Shown here in pieces: positions 58,667 through 64,000 of a DNA stretch of 64,000 nucleotides. The stretch is from an uncultured bacterium. GTDB lineage: Bacteria > Patescibacteriota > Minisyncoccia > Moranbacterales > GWC2-37-73. Made by a program: the position numbers and the translations under genes. Under the pieces are notes generated by a model. That model did not search any database. It saw only the letters and a list, made by a program, of their open reading frames with translations, and was not told where the DNA came from. The DNA is taken from NCBI GenBank assembly GCA_903851135.1, contig CAINNK010000008.1:13136-77135 (forward strand), given 5' to 3'. How positions within the stretch are numbered: the first letter of the stretch is position 1; every line of letters begins with the position of its first letter.

Positions 58667-59659
58667 TTATTCAAGAAATTTTTGCACTTCTTTTCGGATA
58701 CTCTTATAATCACTGCACCAAATGATGTTCGGATTTCTTTGAAGCCAAGTCATTTGTCTCTTGGCGTAGTGAATGATGGCAAAATATAGTTTTTCGCGTG
58801 CACCCGAGGCGCATCCGCCTTGGGCGGACATTTCTCCTAATTCTATTTTTCCTTGCAAGAATCTGGAAATCCAGCGATATTCCAAGCCGATTCTTTCTAG
58901 CCATTCCCATGAAACTCCCTGTTTATGCAGTTTTTCCACTTCGGCAGTCATACCTTCTTTGAATCGCTCATCTAGGCGGATTTGGATTTTTTCATTTAAA
59001 ATTTCCCTTGAAACCCTGATCCCAATTTCCAAGAAATTGTATTTTACTGTGAACTGTGAACTAGTAACAGTGAACTGTGCTGGCACCTTTCCAATCGCTT
59101 GGCAAATTTCAATGGCTCTGATTAGGCGCACTTTATTTTGACTATCGATATTTTTGGCGCGCTCGGGATCAAGTTTTTCAAGTTTTGCAAACAATTCTTC
59201 TGTGGTTTCCAGGGCAAGTTGCCCGCGCAGAATTTCATCTGGCGGAACTTCCGGCAGGTTCAAATCTTTGGTTAGCGCATCAATCCAAAAAGCCGTTCCG
59301 CCGCAAATAATGGGAATTTTTTTGCGACTGAGAATCTCCTTGATTTTCTCTTCGGCCATTTTTTTGAAATGCGAAACGTTGAAATCTTCTTGGGGTTTGG
59401 CTACGTCAATCAAATGATGTCGGATGCCTTTGGAAAAGAAACCTTCCCTTGGTTGGAAAATTGAAAATTTGAAATTGAAAAATCCCGTGAAATCTTTTCT
59501 GACTTTACCGGTTCCGATGTTTAGACCTTTGTATATTTGTCGGCTGTCAGCCGAAATGATTTCGCCACCGAATTTCTTGGCAAGCTTAATAGCCACATCT
59601 GATTTTCCAGAGGCTGTGGGGCCCATGATGACTATTATTTTCGGCTTATCTTTCGACAT
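58667..59659 (-). CDS. miaA: tRNA dimethylallyltransferase with three repeat-derived inserts
   Basis: GPTASGKS, SADSRQIYKG, HHLID, GGT, YAKRQMTW. Confidence 0.96.
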   Translation of the reverse strand: MSKDKPKIIVIMGPTASGKSDVAIKLAKKFGGEIISADSRQIYKGLNIGTGKVRKDFTGFFNFKFSIFQPREGFFSKGIRHHLIDVAKPQEDFNVSHFKKMAEEKIKEILSRKKIPIICGGTAFWIDALTKDLNLPEVPPDEILRGQLALETTEELFAKLEKLDPERAKNIDSQNKVRLIRAIEICQAIGKVPAQFTVTSSQFTVKYNFLEIGIRVSREILNEKIQIRLDERFKEGMTAEVEKLHKQGVSWEWLERIGLEYRWISRFLQGKIELGEMSAQGGCASGAREKLYFAIIHYAKRQMTWLQRNPNIIWCSDYKSIRKEVQKFLE

Positions 59660-59667
59660 ATATTTTT

Positions 59668-59975
59668 TGAATTCAGGGTTAACCTCTCTTTAGGAAATAA
59701 AAATTACAAAAAGGAAAAACTTTTATTTCCACATTTCTTTTTTCCGCAAAAAGAAACCTGGAGGAAAGAAAAACTCGCACCGGATGAAGATACTGGGGCA
59801 AAAACTGCGCTCTTCGCTAGCACCCTCCAGGTATATATTGTCTGGACAAAATTATAGATTTTGAAAGCCAATTGATTTTACACTTCGCTCCTACGTCTGC
59901 TGACGGTCGCTACGTTTCAAAATTTTTTAACGCTCATCGTTTGTTTTTTGCCTACGTACTTCATATGGTGTAGGA
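59668..59975. repeat. Structured dispersed element, copy A (upstream of miaA)
   Basis: Shares blocks with 61468-61660: AATTCAGG.TTAAC...TTTAGGAAA.AAA..TTACAAAAG, CTTCGCTA, CGTTTCAAAATTTTTTAACGCTCATC. Confidence 0.65.
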
Positions 59976-60037
59976 GAAATACAAGATGCAAATACAAAAT
60001 GCGAAAATTCTAAAATCTGAAATCAAGAATCTAAAAT

Positions 60038-61441
60038 CTATTTTAATATCATGCCTTCTAAATTCCAAACGTTGGCCTTGGTGATTTTGACTTTCAAAAT
60101 TTTTCCGAGCAAATCTTTTTTGGTGCTACTGATCTTTACGTTTTTGAGCGTTCGAGTTTTGCCGAAATAAAAATCACCTTTCTTCTGATCTACTAAAACT
60201 TCAATAATTTTGCCAAGATATTTTTGATTATTTTCAAATGCGGTTTTCTTGAGAATTTCATTTAGATATTGTTCGCGGCGAGCTTTTTCTTTTTGGGAAA
60301 CGTTGTCTTTCATTTTCCAAGCGGCAGTTTCTGGTCGGGGTGAAAATTGTCCGAAGAACACCATATCAAATTTTGATTTTTCCATCAAGAATGCGGATTG
60401 CAAAAATTGTTTGCGAGTTTCGCCAGGAAAACCAACGATGATGTCGGAAGAAATGGAAAAAAGTTTTTCAGGTTTGTTTCTTTTGAAAGCAAGGTTTATT
60501 TTTTTAATGAGATCTAAATAATGCTTCTGAGTATAGCGACGATTCATGCGTCTGAGAATTTCGTCGTCGCCAGCTTGAACTGGCAAGTGCACATTTTCGC
60601 AAACTTTTTGGCATTTGGTCATCGTTTCAATCAGCTGCTCACTCATGTCTTTTGGGTGTGAAGAAACAAATTGAATCCAAAATTTCCCCGGAATAGCGTT
60701 TATTTTTTTCAGTAATTCTGGAAAAGTTACAATTTTTTCTTTAGCTTTTGCATTTAACGCTCCACGCTCCACGCTCCACGTTCCACGATATGAATTTACA
60801 TTCTGGCCGAGCAAAATGATGTTTTTATAGCCCCTGACAACAAGGTCTTTGACTTCAGCAATGATTTCCTTGGCTGGACGCGAAACTTCACGGCCGCGAG
60901 CGTTTGGCACCACGCAATAGGCGCAAAAATTATTGCAACCAGTCATGATGGGAACATAAGCTTCGAAAGAGTTTCTGTATTTTGGTTGAATGCTTAAATA
61001 ATCTAAATCTTCTTTATTATATGGATTTTTTGTAGGATGTATTTTGTATGATGTATTTTGTATTTTTGAATTTATACAAGATACATTATACAAAATACCT
61101 GCTACAGCTTCTGGGAAGTTTTTGATTTCGCAAAATAAATCAACTTTTGTCTTCATTCTTTTTTGCACATCTGAACGATTGGCCAGGCATCCAGTTAAAA
61201 CTATTGCTATTGACTGTGAACCAGAGGTTGTTAACTCTTTTTTTCGCAGATTATTAATCAGGCTATAGGCTCGATTCTCGGCGGTTTGTTTGATGCCGCA
61301 GGTATTGAAAATAATCAAATTGGCAGTTTCGATTTCATTGCTCGGCGAAAAACCTTGCTGCTCTAAAAAAGCTGAAATACGCTCGCTGTCGCTAACGTTC
61401 ATTTGACAACCGAAAGTCTTAATAAAATATGTTTTTGGCAT
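60038..61441 (-). CDS. miaB: tRNA methylthiotransferase MiaB with three repeat-derived inserts
   Basis: TFGCQMNVSDSE, NTC, TGC, GCNNFCAYCVVP, SSHP, DIIVGFPGET, TRAM domain. Confidence 0.95.
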   Translation of the reverse strand: MPKTYFIKTFGCQMNVSDSERISAFLEQQGFSPSNEIETANLIIFNTCGIKQTAENRAYSLINNLRKKELTTSGSQSIAIVLTGCLANRSDVQKRMKTKVDLFCEIKNFPEAVAGILYNVSCINSKIQNTSYKIHPTKNPYNKEDLDYLSIQPKYRNSFEAYVPIMTGCNNFCAYCVVPNARGREVSRPAKEIIAEVKDLVVRGYKNIILLGQNVNSYRGTWSVERGALNAKAKEKIVTFPELLKKINAIPGKFWIQFVSSHPKDMSEQLIETMTKCQKVCENVHLPVQAGDDEILRRMNRRYTQKHYLDLIKKINLAFKRNKPEKLFSISSDIIVGFPGETRKQFLQSAFLMEKSKFDMVFFGQFSPRPETAAWKMKDNVSQKEKARREQYLNEILKKTAFENNQKYLGKIIEVLVDQKKGDFYFGKTRTLKNVKISSTKKDLLGKILKVKITKANVWNLEGMILK

Positions 61442-61467
61442 ATTCTTGGATAGCTTTTTAGTTTTTT

Positions 61468-61660
61468 AAATTCAGGATTAACTTTTCTTTTTAGGAAAGA
61501 AAAGTTACAAAAGAAAATCGCGCCTACCTCGCGCTGTCAAAATTCTAGCACTTCTTCGCTAAAATTTACACGCAGCTTTTTCTACTGAAAAAGCTGCGTT
61601 TCAAAATTTTTTAACGCTCATCCGTTTGAATTTTGAAACGCGCTTCGTAATGGCGCACCA
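61468..61660. repeat. Structured dispersed element, copy B (upstream of miaB)
   Basis: Blocks shared with copy A; internal hairpin ACGCAGCTTTT-TCTACTG-AAAAGCTGCGT. Confidence 0.65.
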
Positions 61661-61711
61661 AAGAAATGCGGGATGAAGATTTTAGAATCTAGAATCTTAA
61701 ATCTGCCCAAC

Positions 61712-63472
61712 CTATTTCTTCTCTTTTATTTCCTTGATAATTTTTTCAATAAATTCATCCAGTGGCAAAGTTTGTTGCTCTTTGACTCCGCGGGTGCGGA
61801 TGGCGACGGTTTTGTCGGCAACTTCTTTTTCGCCAACTACGATGATATAGGGCGCTTTCTGTTTTTCAGTTTCAGAGATTCTTTTTCCAAGGGATTCAGC
61901 CTTGTCATTCATTTCGACGCGGATGTCATTTGCTAAAAGTTTACGTTTAACTTCATCGGCATACTGCGCAAATTTTTCTGAGATTGGCAAAATAGCAACT
62001 TGCACGGGTGAAAGCCAAAGGGGAAAAGCGCCGGCAAAATGTTCAATCAAAAGCATGATGAATCTTTCATATGAACCAAGGATAGCGCGATGCACCATCA
62101 CTGGATGAGATTTGCCACCTTCATTGTTGGTGTATTCCAATTCAAATCTTTTTGGAGTGGCGAAATCAAGTTGCACGGTTGGAATTTGAATTTCCTTGCC
62201 AAGGGCGTCGCAAAACATGAAATCCAATTTTGGACCATAGAGAGCTGCTTCACCTTCGTGTTTGATGGCTTGCAGGCCCATTTCATCGGAAATGTCCTGA
62301 AGCATTTTTTCGCAAAGATCCCAATCTTCTGGTTGACCAATATATTTTTCCGGGTGCTCATAATCCCTGACTGAAAGGGAAACGGTGTGATTGTCCCACA
62401 TGCCCAGTGAAGTATAAAAATTTTGAATAATTTCCACCATGTTTTTCACCTCTTGTTTGACTTGATCAACGGTGCAAAAAGAGTGACCATCTTCAACGGT
62501 GATGGCAATCACACGCTGCAAACCTCCGATTTCGCCTGGCTTTTCATCGCGATATTGTTTTTCTGATTCCATGTAGCGAATCGGCAGGTCGCGATAAGAG
62601 CGAGCCTTGGAAGCGAAAATTTGAGTTTGATGAGGACACTGCACGGGTTTCAGAACGTAGTTTTGTTTGTAGTGAGAAGTCACTTGAAAAAGTTCTTCGC
62701 CGAATTTTTGGGCGTGACCAGATTTTTCATAGAGCTCGATTTTGGCCAGATGGGGAGTGGAAACTTTTTGAAAACCATAGCTGCGGCAAACTTTTTCAAT
62801 ATGTTTTTGCAGTTCATCTTTGATGATGGTTCCATTGGGAGTGAAAAGTGGCAGACCTGGTCCGACCAAATCTGAAAAGCAAAATAAATCCAATTCTTTG
62901 CCAAGTTTGCGGTGGTCTCTTTTGGCAGCTTCTTCAATCAAGTTAAAATAATTTTTTAGTCCTTCTTTATCCTCAAAAACCACGCCATAAATTCTTTGCA
63001 GTTGTTGATTTTTTTCGTCGCCTTTCCAATAGGCGCCGGAAATTTTGGTTAGGGCAAAAGCTTTGAAATTGATTTCGCCAGTCGAAGTCAGATGCGGGCC
63101 GGCGCAAAGATCAACCAAATTACCTGATTTATAAATCGTGACTGTTTCGTTGCCAGCTTTTTGCAGGTCACTGATAAGTTCCAGTTTAAGCGGCTGACTA
63201 ACTTTTCCAAAATGCTCAAGCGCTTCTTTGATTGAAATTTCAGCTTTTTCAAATGGATGTTTAGCCTTGATAATTTCTCGCATTTTTTCTTCCAGTAGTG
63301 GCAAATCCTCAGGGATCAAAGTGCGTGGCAGTTCAAAATCATAATAGAAACCATTTTCAATGGCCGGCCCAATGCCAAGTTTGGCTTCTGGAAACATTTC
63401 TAAAACAGCGCCAGCCAGGACGTGAGCGGTGGAATGACGAAGTGTTTCAATTTTATTAGTTTCATTTTTCAT
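61712..63472 (-). CDS. thrS: Threonine--tRNA ligase (no TGS domain)
   Basis: RHSTAHVLA, DLCAGPH, GAYWKGD, RDHRKLG, KPVQCP, YGPKLD, HRAILGSYERF. Confidence 0.97.
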   Translation of the reverse strand: MKNETNKIETLRHSTAHVLAGAVLEMFPEAKLGIGPAIENGFYYDFELPRTLIPEDLPLLEEKMREIIKAKHPFEKAEISIKEALEHFGKVSQPLKLELISDLQKAGNETVTIYKSGNLVDLCAGPHLTSTGEINFKAFALTKISGAYWKGDEKNQQLQRIYGVVFEDKEGLKNYFNLIEEAAKRDHRKLGKELDLFCFSDLVGPGLPLFTPNGTIIKDELQKHIEKVCRSYGFQKVSTPHLAKIELYEKSGHAQKFGEELFQVTSHYKQNYVLKPVQCPHQTQIFASKARSYRDLPIRYMESEKQYRDEKPGEIGGLQRVIAITVEDGHSFCTVDQVKQEVKNMVEIIQNFYTSLGMWDNHTVSLSVRDYEHPEKYIGQPEDWDLCEKMLQDISDEMGLQAIKHEGEAALYGPKLDFMFCDALGKEIQIPTVQLDFATPKRFELEYTNNEGGKSHPVMVHRAILGSYERFIMLLIEHFAGAFPLWLSPVQVAILPISEKFAQYADEVKRKLLANDIRVEMNDKAESLGKRISETEKQKAPYIIVVGEKEVADKTVAIRTRGVKEQQTLPLDEFIEKIIKEIKEKK

Positions 63473-63659
63473 ATAATTTTTTTAGATAAAATAATTAGAA
63501 TAAAAACATTAAATAAATCCTAATTTCTAAATCCCAATTTCTCACTCAGAGGGTGATCAGCCTCTGGCTGACAATTTCCAGTAAAACTTTAAATCCTAAT
63601 TTTTGACATTTGGACTTAAGATTTTATTAGTCATTGGAAATTTAGATTTTGGATTTCTG

Positions 63660-63860
63660 AGTTATTTATAAATAAAAGCCTCAAACAAAATAGGATAGGA
63701 AATAGTCTTTCCTGCATCGAGTCCACGACTTTCGTCAAGGAGGTTCCACTCGATTTCCCGGATTATTTGGGCACTTTGGGCGCTTGTTCGCAAGCTGCTG
63801 AAGCGGAGATTTTGTCTTAAGACTTTGCCAGTTGGTGGCCGGCAATCTCATTAAATTGTC
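63660..63860 (-). promoter_or_regulatory. T-box riboswitch leader of thrS with upstream promoter
   Basis: On the minus strand AAATCGAGTGGAACC (63756-63742) pairs with GACTCGAT as antiterminator; candidate Thr specifier ACC in GCCGGCCACCAACTGGC; TTGCCA-17-TATATT promoter at 63894-63866. Confidence 0.7.
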
Positions 63861-64000
63861 TTTCTAATATAAGCCTATTTGGATTATATGGCAAGATTGA
63901 CAATTTTGCAATTTGGGTGTTAAATGTCTTATTGGTTGTAATTCAATCAATGATTGAAATTTTTAAGCAGTACATTGAAAAACTAAAAAAGAAAAAGGAA

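Overview
AT-rich bacterial chromosome segment, genetic code 11 (TGA ends uvrA and other genes). The short UvrC and ThrS, the scarcity of Shine-Dalgarno sites on core genes and the repeat style suggest a Patescibacteria/CPR (Parcubacteria-like) genome; this is inference. Gene content is mostly housekeeping: uvrC, uvrA, recO, a copper cluster, argS, ileS, leuS, thrS (T-boxes on ileS and thrS), tgt, rlmN, Elp3-like, miaA, miaB, gatB, secE-nusG-rplK-rplA, tRNA-Ile and tRNA-Ala, and a nine-gene dTTP/deoxynucleotide operon. The most striking signal is a layered population of tiny repeat elements. (1) About ten families of 7-10-nt tandem arrays, often as inverted pairs, sit between genes and are inserted in frame into at least 11 conserved proteins; one such inverted pair brackets a nonsense-mutated four-helix-bundle gene, a candidate carrier. 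(2) Structure-conserved 30-nt and 21-nt hairpin micro-elements insert into those arrays, into other palindromes and into ORFs. (3) Inverted-repeat elements sit exactly on start codons. Also notable: an unassigned promoter-to-terminator structured RNA or small ORF (38.5-38.9 kb), rearranged tRNA-Ala copies, a stand-alone IMP-cyclohydrolase half of PurH, and several self-contained ORFan cassettes. All functional calls come from recognising motifs by eye; no searches were run.
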